From: Candidatus Wildermuthbacteria bacterium
Lineage (GTDB): Bacteria > Patescibacteriota > Minisyncoccia > Minisyncoccales > UBA10102
Length of the DNA: 64,000 bases
Direction of reading: 5' to 3'
NCBI GenBank assembly: GCA_016181405.1
Contig: JACOZJ010000005.1
Coordinates: forward strand, 25,309-89,308
Position numbers and translations under genes: made by a program. Under the pieces are notes generated by a model. The model ran no database searches. It had not been told where the DNA came from and worked only from the letters and a program-made list of their open reading frames with translations. Shown here in pieces: positions 27,378 to 37,719 of this stretch; the stretch's first letter is position 1; the number at the start of each line of letters is the position of its first letter.

Positions 27378-27457
27378 CTCGATCTCTTTCGTTTTCCTCG
27401 CGCTTAACCCCTCTGCGGAGTGGACCCTCGCGTCTCGGAAAGACGAAAGAGATCTCG
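27378..27457 (+). repeat. intergenic hairpin repeat, copy 2 (atpE-atpF spacer)
   Basis: 80 nt, identical by eye to 40062-40141. Arms GATCTCTTTCGTTTTCC / GGAAAGACGAAAGAGATC enclose a CGCG...CGCG stem and a CTC-TGCG-GAG apex. Confidence 0.9.
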
Positions 27458-27462
27458 TCAAC

Positions 27463-27978
27463 ATGCAAGAGTTATTCAGCAATTTAGGCATAGATGGAAG
27501 GCTCCTACTCGCGCAGGCAGTGAATTTTCTGTTGGTGTTGTGGTTGCTGAATAAATTCGTGTTTAAAAAAGTTCTTTCGCATCTGGAAGAAAGGCGTAAT
27601 AAGATTGAACAGGGGCTTGAATTGACGGAGCGGGCGAACCGCGAGATAGAGCGGATTGATGAGGCACGGCATCGGGAGCTTGAAAAAGCCCGGGCGGAGG
27701 CAGAGACCATACTCGCAGATGCAAGGAGTTCTGCCGCCGCCAAAGAAAAAGCGGCTTTAACAGTAGTGCGGGCAGAAGCAGAAAAAATGCTTTTAAAGGC
27801 GAAAGAGGAAGCAGGAAGAGAAAAGGGTGATGCAGTTCGAGGGGCGAAAAACGAGATTCAAAAACTTGCGGTGCTGATGGCAGAAAGGGTGCTTTCGCGC
27901 AGTGTTACAAAAGAAGATCAAGATCGCGCTGCGAAAGAGGTAGTTGAGTATTTAGAGAAGAACTATGCCGCAAGATAA
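27463..27978 (+). CDS. atpF: F0F1 ATP synthase subunit b
   Basis: One N-terminal TM helix followed by a long charged helix, in the expected operon position. Confidence 0.85.
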   Translation: MQELFSNLGIDGRLLLAQAVNFLLVLWLLNKFVFKKVLSHLEERRNKIEQGLELTERANREIERIDEARHRELEKARAEAETILADARSSAAAKEKAALTVVRAEAEKMLLKAKEEAGREKGDAVRGAKNEIQKLAVLMAERVLSRSVTKEDQDRAAKEVVEYLEKNYAAR

Positions 27979-28387
27979 AGCAAAAACCTACGCCAAAGTT
28001 TTGGTAGAAACGCTTGAGGATGCATCGGAATCGGAAGCAAAGAAAAAAGTGCAGAGATTCAAGCTTATGCTGCAGAAGCGTGGCGATGCAAAGTATGCCA
28101 GTGAGATTTTGCGGGAGTTCGCAAAAGCTTGGAAGGAGCGAAAGGGTCCCATTGCCACAGTGGTTTCAGCAGAATCTTTGGCTCCGGCAGTACGGAAAGA
28201 AATGGAGCAATCGCTCGCAAAGTCCGCCATAGGCGGATCCGCCTCGGGCGGAAAAAAGTATGTGGTGGAAGAAAAAGTTGATAAAAGCGTAATCGGCGGC
28301 ATAGCAGTATTGTTGGGGAATAACTTTCTGATTGACGGGACGATTCGCGGGAAACTCAAGCGGATTAGCGCGTTGCTCAACAAGTAA
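27965..28387 (+). CDS. atpH: F0F1 ATP synthase subunit delta (OSCP), short form
   Basis: The C-terminus ...VDKSVIGGIAVLLGNNFLIDGTIRGKLKRI is the OSCP signature. It overlaps the atpF end. Confidence 0.8.
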   Translation: MPQDKAKTYAKVLVETLEDASESEAKKKVQRFKLMLQKRGDAKYASEILREFAKAWKERKGPIATVVSAESLAPAVRKEMEQSLAKSAIGGSASGGKKYVVEEKVDKSVIGGIAVLLGNNFLIDGTIRGKLKRISALLNK

Positions 28388-28393
28388 ATTGAT

Positions 28394-29911
28394 ATGGCGA
28401 AAGATTTTTTATTTGACATATTAAAAAAGGAATTAGAGGGGACAAAACTCGGCCCCACGGGTGAAGAGATAGGGAAAGTGATCCTCGTGGGCGATGGGGT
28501 TGTTCAGATTGAAGGTTTGCCTCACGCAATGTTCTCTGAAATGGTGGAGATTGGTGACGCCGCGGTTCCTGCGATGATATTAAACTTAGAAGAATATGTG
28601 GTGGGAGCAGTCGTGCTGGGCGAAGATATCAAAATAAAAGAAGGTGATCTCGTAAAAAGAACCGGAAAGGTGTTGTCGGTTCAGGTTGGAGAGAGTTTGC
28701 TGGGTCGTGTGGTAAACCCGCTCGGCGTACCCATAGACGGCAAGGGAAGTTTGGGTGCGAAAAAGGAAACGCTCCCCATTGAGCGGCCAGCCCCCTCGGT
28801 GATGGATCGTCAGGGCGTAAATACGCCATTGGCAACCGGCATTAAAGTTATTGATGCCACGATTCCCATTGGCCGAGGCCAGCGCGAGCTTATCATTGGT
28901 GACAGGCAAATCGGGAAAACCGCTTTAATTCAAGACACCATTCTGAACCAATTGAATGAGCCCGAAGAGCACAGGCCTATTTGTATTTATGTCGCAATCG
29001 GGCAAAAAGCTTCCAAAGTGGCGCAGTTCGTGCAGGAATTAGAAGAGCGAGGAGCGATGGAATATACTATTGTGGTGAGCGCAAACGCATCCGATCCTGC
29101 TTCTCTGTGGTATATTGCTCCATACGCGGGATGCTCCATGGGTGAGTATTTCCGCGACAAAGGGAAAGATGTGCTTATCATATACGACGATCTCTCCAAG
29201 CACGCGTGGGCTTGGCGCCAGATTGCTTTGCTGTTGCGCCGGCCGCCGGGGCGCGAGGCATATCCGGGTGATGTGTTTTATTTGCATTCCCGCCTTTTGG
29301 AGCGCGCTTCACGCTTGTCCGACGAAAAAGGCGGAGGTTCTTTAACCGCGCTTCCTATTATTGAAACGCAGTTGGGCGACGTGTCTGCCTATATTCCCAC
29401 AAACGTTATTTCTATTACCGATGGGCAAATTTATCTGGAGTCTGATTTATTCTCAAAGGGCCAAAGGCCTGCGGTAAACATTGGGCTCTCGGTTTCTCGT
29501 GTAGGTTCTGCCGCGCAAACTAAAGCTACGAAAAAAGTGGCTTCGCAGTTGAAGCTCAACTTGGCGCAATTTCAGGAATTGGCCGCGTTCGCGCAATTCG
29601 CGCAGGATTTGGATAAGGCCACCAAGGCAAAGATTGATCGCGGCCAGCATTTGATGGAAGTGTTAAAACAAGGGCAGTTTGAACCAATGCCTATGGAAGA
29701 GCAGGTGGCGGTGCTGTTCGCGGCAATCGAAGGATATGTAGATGCTGTACAGCTCGAGAAAGTTCGCGATTTTGAAAAGAAGCTGGTGCAATACTTAAAA
29801 GACCACAACGCAAAGGTTTTAAAAACCATCCGCGAATCCCGCGACCTTGCTGACGACACCAAGGCAGACTTAAAGAAAGCAGTAGAAACTTTTGCTTCAA
29901 CTTATAAATGA
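28394..29911 (+). CDS. atpA: F0F1 ATP synthase subunit alpha
   Basis: Contains GDRQIGKT (P-loop), YDDLSKHA and [21 protein letters not shown]. Confidence 0.95.
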   Translation: MAKDFLFDILKKELEGTKLGPTGEEIGKVILVGDGVVQIEGLPHAMFSEMVEIGDAAVPAMILNLEEYVVGAVVLGEDIKIKEGDLVKRTGKVLSVQVGESLLGRVVNPLGVPIDGKGSLGAKKETLPIERPAPSVMDRQGVNTPLATGIKVIDATIPIGRGQRELIIGDRQIGKTALIQDTILNQLNEPEEHRPICIYVAIGQKASKVAQFVQELEERGAMEYTIVVSANASDPASLWYIAPYAGCSMGEYFRDKGKDVLIIYDDLSKHAWAWRQIALLLRRPPGREAYPGDVFYLHSRLLERASRLSDEKGGGSLTALPIIETQLGDVSAYIPTNVISITDGQIYLESDLFSKGQRPAVNIGLSVSRVGSAAQTKATKKVASQLKLNLAQFQELAAFAQFAQDLDKATKAKIDRGQHLMEVLKQGQFEPMPMEEQVAVLFAAIEGYVDAVQLEKVRDFEKKLVQYLKDHNAKVLKTIRESRDLADDTKADLKKAVETFASTYK

Positions 29912-30273
29912 GCTGGAAACATATTGCAATTGGAATAGGGTTATGGTTGGTGGCAATAGCGATTCTATCCTACTCGGTTTTCTGGATATTTGGAAATCTG
30001 TATAGTCCTGATGGTCCTGGGTGTTTCGATATTGTGATTCAGGGAGAAGAATTATCTCGAGTAGAGGCGGAAAATCTTCTCCGAACCGGGAGGGTGAGGG
30101 AGGTTGCGTTTAATAGCGAAGCACAGAATCGTTTTCCAGTTACGGTGTTTACAGAAAAAGAGCGACAAAGTTGTACAGAGATCTGGTATACTTATGAATC
30201 TATAGAAGGTTTTCGTTCGTTGCTTCAAGAATGTGGGGATATTTGTAGAGATATAATGATTAGCGAAGATTAG
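29908..30273 (+). CDS. hypothetical membrane-anchored protein inserted between atpA and atpG
   Basis: 121 aa with one N-terminal TM helix ([23 protein letters not shown]) and a soluble domain with 4 Cys. ATGA overlap with the atpA stop, and its TAG is 1 nt before the atpG ATG. Confidence 0.6.
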   Translation: MSWKHIAIGIGLWLVAIAILSYSVFWIFGNLYSPDGPGCFDIVIQGEELSRVEAENLLRTGRVREVAFNSEAQNRFPVTVFTEKERQSCTEIWYTYESIEGFRSLLQECGDICRDIMISED

Positions 30274-30274
30274 C

Positions 30275-32582
<2,308 letters not shown>

Positions 32583-32702
32583 CCGAAAGTATCACGTTTC
32601 AATGTTCAAGGTCCAAGCAAGTTTCAAGTTAGAAAATCTTAAGGTTTAGAGTTTAGGGTTTGCTTGAGCATTGGAATTTGAGATTTGAAGCTTTAAGAAA
32701 AC

Positions 32703-32948
32703 ATGGTTTTTCCTCTAAGGGTTTTCGCAATTGATCGGGAAATATTTGTAGGCGATGCAGAGTCTATAACTGTTCCAACTCCAACGGGGCAGATTCAGAT
32801 TTTGGCGGACCATACGCCTTTAGTTTCTATACTCAAAGAAGGCGAAGTTATTATTGAGGCCGCCGACGGCGCCACTTCAAAACTTCCCATTTCCGGCGGC
32901 ACCATAGAAGTCACCGACAAAGAGGTCGTCGCCCTCGTGAATTTCTAA
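32703..32948 (+). CDS. atpC: F0F1 ATP synthase subunit epsilon, N-terminal beta-sandwich only
   Basis: 81 aa. The pattern ...TVPTPTGQIQILADHTPLVSIL..GEV...GGTIEV... is epsilon-like. No C-terminal helical hairpin is encoded before the stop. Confidence 0.7.
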   Translation: MVFPLRVFAIDREIFVGDAESITVPTPTGQIQILADHTPLVSILKEGEVIIEAADGATSKLPISGGTIEVTDKEVVALVNF

Positions 32949-32952
32949 ACTC

Positions 32953-33402
32953 GTGATAATGAGAGCTGAAGAATCCGATTGTGCTATAACTTTTTTGCGC
33001 AATAAGGGAGAAAATCTCGAGAATTGGCGAATCGTTGGACATCCCGAAGATAGCATTATCGACGTTGAGCTTAAGGAGTTATCGCAAAACTATTCTATCC
33101 ATGCACAGGTTAGAGTGTTGAATGATGAATTTCATGCAAATGAGGGACGATTTGGGTCCTCTGCAGGAGGTGGGACACCGGAAACGCTAGCTGAATTGAT
33201 TTTCAATGCGACTGAAGAGAAAAGTAAGCAGTACGGAGTTAATAGCACAAAGGATATTGTCTTGCTGCTATATTCACCTTTAGACGTATTGGATATTTTT
33301 ATTGATAAGATTAAGAAAAATCTGGAGATGAAGAATCTTGATGCTTTCCAGCAAATATGGGTAGTGTGTCCAGCTTACTGTAAGAATGTACAGATTAAAT
33401 AA
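32953..33402 (+). CDS. hypothetical protein
   Basis: 149 aa, 4 nt after atpC. Contains a possible D..ExK-like motif (IIDVELK). I did not recognise the family. Confidence 0.4.
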   Translation: MIMRAEESDCAITFLRNKGENLENWRIVGHPEDSIIDVELKELSQNYSIHAQVRVLNDEFHANEGRFGSSAGGGTPETLAELIFNATEEKSKQYGVNSTKDIVLLLYSPLDVLDIFIDKIKKNLEMKNLDAFQQIWVVCPAYCKNVQIK

Positions 33403-33497
33403 AACAAAACCACGAAACCATAGAAGAAGATAAGGAGTAGGAAAGCAGGTCGCCTCCGACAGCTGACGGATGGGCGATTTTTTGCTAGAATAACAAG

Positions 33498-34361
33498 ATG
33501 ACTCTCATAGCTACAATCGGCGGAGTTTTCGCGTTAGTGTTTTGGGGATTGGGTGATTACTCTACGGGAAAAAGCGGGCAGAAGGAAGATCGCCCCATTA
33601 CCGCTTTGATCGTGCAATTGGTGCCCACCGTTTTATTATTGCCGTTTCTTTTGCTGTATGGCATTTCAATCAATTTTGATACATCGCTTCTGATTGTATT
33701 TGGGGGCGCCGCGTTTTTAATTATTGCATATATTTCGTTTGTAAAAGCTATGTCTATTGGGCCTTTTGGCGTTGCGGCGCCGATTGCAAATAGCTACGCG
33801 TTAGTTACACTCCTTATAGGATTTACCATTTTTAATCTTCAGCTTTCTTTTATGCAGGGTTTGGCGCTTTTTATTATTATCGCTGGAGTTATTATACTTT
33901 CGTTTGATCGCGCAAGTCTCAATTACAGGAATCTGCGCGGCTCTACCGTTTTCTATGCAATAATCACGATGATATGCTGGGGGGTCGGATTCGCGTTTCT
34001 CGATGTTGTTGTCGATAAATTTACTTGGTACCAACTTGTGTTCCTGTTTTCTTTGTTCACGACGATATTATCTTTTCTTTACTATATTTGGGTACGCAGA
34101 GCTCTTCCGAGCTTGCAGAATTTGAAGTATAAAAACGCAAAATACGCGTGGCACGCCGGTTTGCTGCTTACGATGGGAACCGTTGGGTTTTTTGCCGCAA
34201 GTGAATACGCTGGCAGTGTTGTCATACCAGCGGTTATTGCTTCAGCGGCGCCCCTCGTAACGTCGTTTGTGGCATATGTTCGCGACGGCGAAAAGCTTTC
34301 GTTATACAAAAGGATTGGTGCTGTTATTGTGATCATAGGGCTTATGCTTTTGAATATGTAG
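33498..34361 (+). CDS. EamA/DMT-superfamily transporter
   Basis: 287 aa with about 10 TM helices arranged as two EamA-like halves. Confidence 0.65.
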   Translation: MTLIATIGGVFALVFWGLGDYSTGKSGQKEDRPITALIVQLVPTVLLLPFLLLYGISINFDTSLLIVFGGAAFLIIAYISFVKAMSIGPFGVAAPIANSYALVTLLIGFTIFNLQLSFMQGLALFIIIAGVIILSFDRASLNYRNLRGSTVFYAIITMICWGVGFAFLDVVVDKFTWYQLVFLFSLFTTILSFLYYIWVRRALPSLQNLKYKNAKYAWHAGLLLTMGTVGFFAASEYAGSVVIPAVIASAAPLVTSFVAYVRDGEKLSLYKRIGAVIVIIGLMLLNM

Positions 34362-34442
34362 CGAAGCCTCTACTCCCCGCGTGAATTTTTAAAATAATGG
34401 AGGAAAGGTAAAAGTTGAAAAATCAAGGGTTTTTGTTGGCGT

Positions 34443-35096
34443 ATGAGTATGGACAAAGCGTTTCTTTTTGACATGGACGGGGTACTGATAGACACCGAGC
34501 GGGAATGGGCTGCTAGCCAGGCTAGCCTAGAAAATATCTTTGGAAAAGACATTGTTGGGAAAATGGGTGATATGGTTGGGCTTACCATTAAAACCGAGTA
34601 CGAAAAAGCGGTTGGCATGGGTTTTGCTTTAAGCTACGAAGAATACGTAAAACGGTATGATCAAGAAGCTGTCCGCGTTTTTGAAAAAGCACGAGTTACA
34701 GAAGGCGTAAACGAGCTAGGCGAGAAACTTTTGGAATTAGACTTTAAGCTTGCGATAGTTTCTTCTTCAAGGCGCGCGTGGATTAACTTTTTGTTACCAA
34801 AGCTTTCTTTTGGCGATAAGTTCGACCAAATTATTTCGCTAGATGATTATCCAGAACTTAAGCCAAAGCCGGCTCCCGATGGCTATTTGGAAGCACTCAA
34901 GAGTTTACGCATAGATCCAAAACGCTCCATTATTTTAGAAGATTCAAATCGCGGTATTCAATCGGCCAAAGCTGCGGGTGCTTACGTAGTAGGCTTTAAG
35001 GGGAATCTGGGGGAAGATTATAGGCAAGAGGGGGCAGATGTTTATGCCAATACTATGGCGGAAGTCGCTACTATAGTAGAATCTCTAAGATTATAA
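34443..35096 (+). CDS. HAD-superfamily hydrolase (beta-phosphoglucomutase-like subfamily IA)
   Basis: Contains FLFDMDGVLIDTE (motif I DxDGV), IVSSS (motif II) and ILEDSNRGIQSAKAAG (motifs III/IV). Confidence 0.8.
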   Translation: MSMDKAFLFDMDGVLIDTEREWAASQASLENIFGKDIVGKMGDMVGLTIKTEYEKAVGMGFALSYEEYVKRYDQEAVRVFEKARVTEGVNELGEKLLELDFKLAIVSSSRRAWINFLLPKLSFGDKFDQIISLDDYPELKPKPAPDGYLEALKSLRIDPKRSIILEDSNRGIQSAKAAGAYVVGFKGNLGEDYRQEGADVYANTMAEVATIVESLRL

Positions 35097-35122
35097 CCGA
35101 CGGAGAAGGCAGAATAGTAGAT

Positions 35123-35150
35123 TTGACACCGGCAGTCGAAAACCTATAAT
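35123..35150 (+). promoter_or_regulatory. consensus sigma-70 promoter (TTGACA-16-TATAAT), leaderless geometry
   Basis: TTGACACC...CCTATAAT is nearly the same box arrangement as at 4641. The ATG at 35157 lies 6 nt after the -10. Confidence 0.55.
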
Positions 35151-35156
35151 TGAATT

Positions 35157-35279
35157 ATGGAGAACAGCCACGAAGTTACAAACGAAGAATTTACTCGTGT
35201 ATTTGAGGAATATCGCAGAAGAATCGAAAAACTTGAAGATCAAGTGAAGGAATTGCGAGACACTCTCGCTATGAAATAG
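35157..35279 (+). CDS. 40-aa coiled-coil mini-protein (paralog of 4676-4900)
   Basis: MENSHEVTNEEFTRVFEEYRRRIEKLEDQVKELRDTLAMK. Absent from the ORF track because it is under 60 aa. It shares AGAAGAATCGAAAAACTTGAAGATCAA with 4830-4860. Confidence 0.5.
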   Translation: MENSHEVTNEEFTRVFEEYRRRIEKLEDQVKELRDTLAMK

Positions 35280-35286
35280 CAAAAAT

Positions 35287-35505
35287 ATGGAGGCATTTAT
35301 TAGTACATCGATAGGCATGGTACTTCTTTTCGCGCTCGTCTTGTGGATGTTGTGGTGGAAGGGAGTCGCGCTTTGGAGAGCCGCTCATCGAGAAGAGAAG
35401 AAATGGTTTGTCGCGCTGCTTATCTTCAATACACTCTCGGTTCTTGAGATTCTGTATGTTTTTGTCTTTAGCAAGCAAAAGGAAAACAAAGAACCGCAAA
35501 AATAA
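35287..35505 (+). CDS. DUF5652 family small membrane protein
   Basis: 72 aa. WWKGVALWRAAHREEKKWFVALLIFNTLSVLEILYVF matches my recollection of DUF5652. Confidence 0.6.
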   Translation: MEAFISTSIGMVLLFALVLWMLWWKGVALWRAAHREEKKWFVALLIFNTLSVLEILYVFVFSKQKENKEPQK

Positions 35506-35506
35506 T

Positions 35507-35914
35507 ATGTCAGGACAACACGTTTGCAAGGCGCTTGCGGTTCATTGTATTGATTTTCGTATTCAACGGTTTTTGAATGAGTATCTCGATAAAAAATTTC
35601 CTGCCGCGTATGACCGCGTTGCTGTTCCCGGGGGCGTAAAATATCTCGTTGACGGTGGAGAGGCGGGAAATTATGAGCTTGAAGAATGCATGGTGTCGTA
35701 TAAACTGCATCATCCCGAAGTGTTTGTACTTATTCAGCATGAGGACTGCGGGGCATACGGCGGAAGCAAGGCATTAGGCGATTTTGCGACGGAAAAAGTA
35801 TTTCAGGAAGATCAGCTCAGAAAAGCTGAACAACTGGTTCAGAAACATTTCCCCGGCATAACTGTGAAGAAACTTCTTGTTCGGCTTTCTGGCGCATTGA
35901 TCCCTACGGTATAA
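35507..35914 (+). CDS. beta-carbonic-anhydrase-like protein (CxDxR / HxxC zinc-site motifs)
   Basis: 135 aa from the ATG at 35507. VHCIDFRIQ (CxDxR) and IQHEDCGAYG (HxxC). Shorter than canonical beta-CAs. Confidence 0.45.
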   Translation: MSGQHVCKALAVHCIDFRIQRFLNEYLDKKFPAAYDRVAVPGGVKYLVDGGEAGNYELEECMVSYKLHHPEVFVLIQHEDCGAYGGSKALGDFATEKVFQEDQLRKAEQLVQKHFPGITVKKLLVRLSGALIPTV

Positions 35915-35936
35915 TTGGTGTATAATAAGTGGTGAT

Positions 35937-36095
35937 ATGGCAAATGTTATTATTTACACGACTCCCACGTGTGTTTACTGCAGAGCCGCAAAGGAGTTTT
36001 TCACGGATCATAAAGTGCAGTACGAAGAAAAAGATGTTGCAAGAGATGAGCAGGCTCGAAATCGAATCGAAGCTCTCGGAGCTTCTAGGGGTTAA
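35937..36095 (+). pseudogene. truncated glutaredoxin/NrdH-like gene (52 codons), copy 1
   Basis: MANVIIYTTPTCVYCRAAKEFFTDHKVQYEEKDVARDEQARN, then RIEALGASRG-stop. The CxxC half of the thioredoxin fold is present, but the segment that normally follows with the cis-Pro and beta3-beta4 is missing. Confidence 0.6.
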
Positions 36096-36116
36096 GAAAT
36101 AGCATTCTCCACCGTA

Positions 36117-36878
36117 ATGCTCAATACCGCAATTCAGGCGGCGCAAGAAGGCGGGGAGGTGCTCAAAAAGCACTTCCAGACTGCTTTGGCGCGCCGACTA
36201 AAAGAAGATTCAACGATTGTTACGGAAGCGGACGAAGAAACCGAGAAGAAAATTGTTCAGATCATACAAGCAAAATATCCAGAACACAACTTTCTTGGCG
36301 AGGAGGGAGGGGAGCTGGAAAGAGGATCTGAATACAGCTGGGTGATCGATCCTCTCGATGGCACCAGAAATTTTGTAAACGGCATCCCTATCTTTGCTAT
36401 CTCTATTGCTTTAGTGAGGGGCAACGAGCATATTGCTTCAGTAGTGTATAATCCTCTCACAGAAGAGTTATTTTCTGCAGAAAAAGGCAAAGGGAGCTAT
36501 TGTAACGGGCATAAATTTACGGTTTCCCGGCAAGAAGCATCGTCCGGTTTAATTACGATTGGCACGAATTCCGCGAAGCAAAGCAAAGAAATTGCCGCAA
36601 AGATTTTTTCCCACGCGCTTCGTTACGTTAGCGCGGTGCGCTACTTGGGTTCTACGGTTCTCGAGCTGGCATATTTGGCACGGGGCGGAACCGAGGGGTT
36701 TTTGAGCCTCGGGACAAAAAAATGGGACTACGCAGCCGGCACCTTATTGGTATTGGAGGCAGGCGGGCACATTACCGATTTTGAAGGGAATCCGTGGGAT
36801 TTAAGCAAAGACTACTTTGTCGCCTCCAACGGAGTAATTCATCCACAGCTTTTAGAATTAGTTAAAAGCATTGGATAG
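36117..36878 (+). CDS. suhB: inositol monophosphatase family protein
   Basis: Contains FLGEEGG, WVIDPLDGTRNF and WDYAAG, the IMPase signature motifs. Confidence 0.85.
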   Translation: MLNTAIQAAQEGGEVLKKHFQTALARRLKEDSTIVTEADEETEKKIVQIIQAKYPEHNFLGEEGGELERGSEYSWVIDPLDGTRNFVNGIPIFAISIALVRGNEHIASVVYNPLTEELFSAEKGKGSYCNGHKFTVSRQEASSGLITIGTNSAKQSKEIAAKIFSHALRYVSAVRYLGSTVLELAYLARGGTEGFLSLGTKKWDYAAGTLLVLEAGGHITDFEGNPWDLSKDYFVASNGVIHPQLLELVKSIG

Positions 36879-36890
36879 GGAAGATAGCTC

Positions 36891-36944
36891 TTGACAAGGG
36901 GATGTGGTGGGAGTTATACTTTAAATACTTGTACAACTATTTAA
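36891..36944 (+). promoter_or_regulatory. promoter (TTGACA-18-TATACT) followed by a 24-bp near-perfect palindrome, a likely ArsR/SmtB operator
   Basis: TTAAATACTTGTACAACTATTTAA at 36921-36944 has 22 of 24 symmetric positions. It lies between the -10 and the ATG at 36952. Confidence 0.5.
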
Positions 36945-36951
36945 TTATAGA

Positions 36952-37266
36952 ATGCTTACATCCAGAGAAATAGAAACTGTGCGGAAGAGCTCGCTGGAGG
37001 ATATGGAGGAGCGCTTGCCTTTTATGTTTCAAGCCCTCGGCGACCCTACGAGATTGAATATTATCCGTTTGCTCACCCGCCACAAAGACTTGTGTGTAAC
37101 AGATATTGCTCATATCCTCAATATCTCTGTCCCTGCGGTTTCTTATCAATTACGAATGCTTGAAGTAGTAGGGCTTGTGAAAAGAGAGCGTATGGGTAAA
37201 ATGATCTGCTATGGGTTGAAAAAAGAAGATGCTCTAATACAGCGCATTTTAAAAGTCGTTCAATAA
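36952..37266 (+). CDS. ArsR/SmtB family transcriptional regulator
   Basis: 104 aa. FQALGDPTRLNIIRLL...LCVTDIAHILNISVPAVSYQLRMLEVVGLV is the family wHTH. Confidence 0.85.
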   Translation: MLTSREIETVRKSSLEDMEERLPFMFQALGDPTRLNIIRLLTRHKDLCVTDIAHILNISVPAVSYQLRMLEVVGLVKRERMGKMICYGLKKEDALIQRILKVVQ

Positions 37267-37289
37267 TAAGGTCTACAATATTTAAAATT

Positions 37290-37457
37290 ATGCCAAACGT
37301 AACCATCTACACCACCCCCACGTGTGTTTACTGCAGAGCCGCAAAGGAGTTTTTCACGGATCATAAAGTGCAGTACGAAGAAAAAGATGTTGCAAGAGAT
37401 GAGCAGGCTCGAAATGAGCGAAATAAACCAAGAAAGGTCGCGCCTCCGTATATATAA
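37290..37457 (+). pseudogene. truncated glutaredoxin/NrdH-like gene (55 codons), copy 2
   Basis: MPNVTIYTTPTCVYCRAAKEFFTDHKVQYEEKDVARDEQARN, then ERNKPRKVAPPYI-stop. About 100 nt are identical to copy 1 (about 37317-37415 versus 35964-36062). Confidence 0.6.
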
Positions 37458-37478
37458 ATGTTTTGTTTGAGAAAACAT

Positions 37479-37559
37479 ATGGATACTCCAACAACTTGTT
37501 CTATGTGCGGGCATAAGCATGGAGAGGACGGTAAATGTGAATGTGGGTGTGGAGGATAA
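37479..37559 (+). CDS. 26-aa Cys/His-rich mini-ORF (possible metal-binding peptide)
   Basis: MDTPTTCSMCGHKHGEDGKCECGCGG has 6 Cys and 2 His in 26 residues and sits downstream of arsR. Not in the ORF track (under 60 aa). Coding status is unproven. Confidence 0.3.
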   Translation: MDTPTTCSMCGHKHGEDGKCECGCGG

Positions 37560-37563
37560 GCGT

Positions 37564-37719
37564 ATGGTGAAGGCGAATACCCAAGGTGAATACGTATGCG
37601 AGCAATGCGGCTTTCGGTACGAAACCGAAAGCCGCGCCCGCCAGTGTGAGAATTGGTGTAGAGAACATAAAAGCTGCAATCTTGAGATTATAGCGCACGG
37701 GAAACCACCCGAAGAGTGA
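37564..37719 (+). CDS. small zinc-ribbon-like protein
   Basis: MVKANTQGEYVCEQCGFRYETESRARQCENWCREHKSCN... has CxxC plus a CxxxC/H pattern. Its stop overlaps the ccdA GTG (GTGA). Confidence 0.45.
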   Translation: MVKANTQGEYVCEQCGFRYETESRARQCENWCREHKSCNLEIIAHGKPPEE

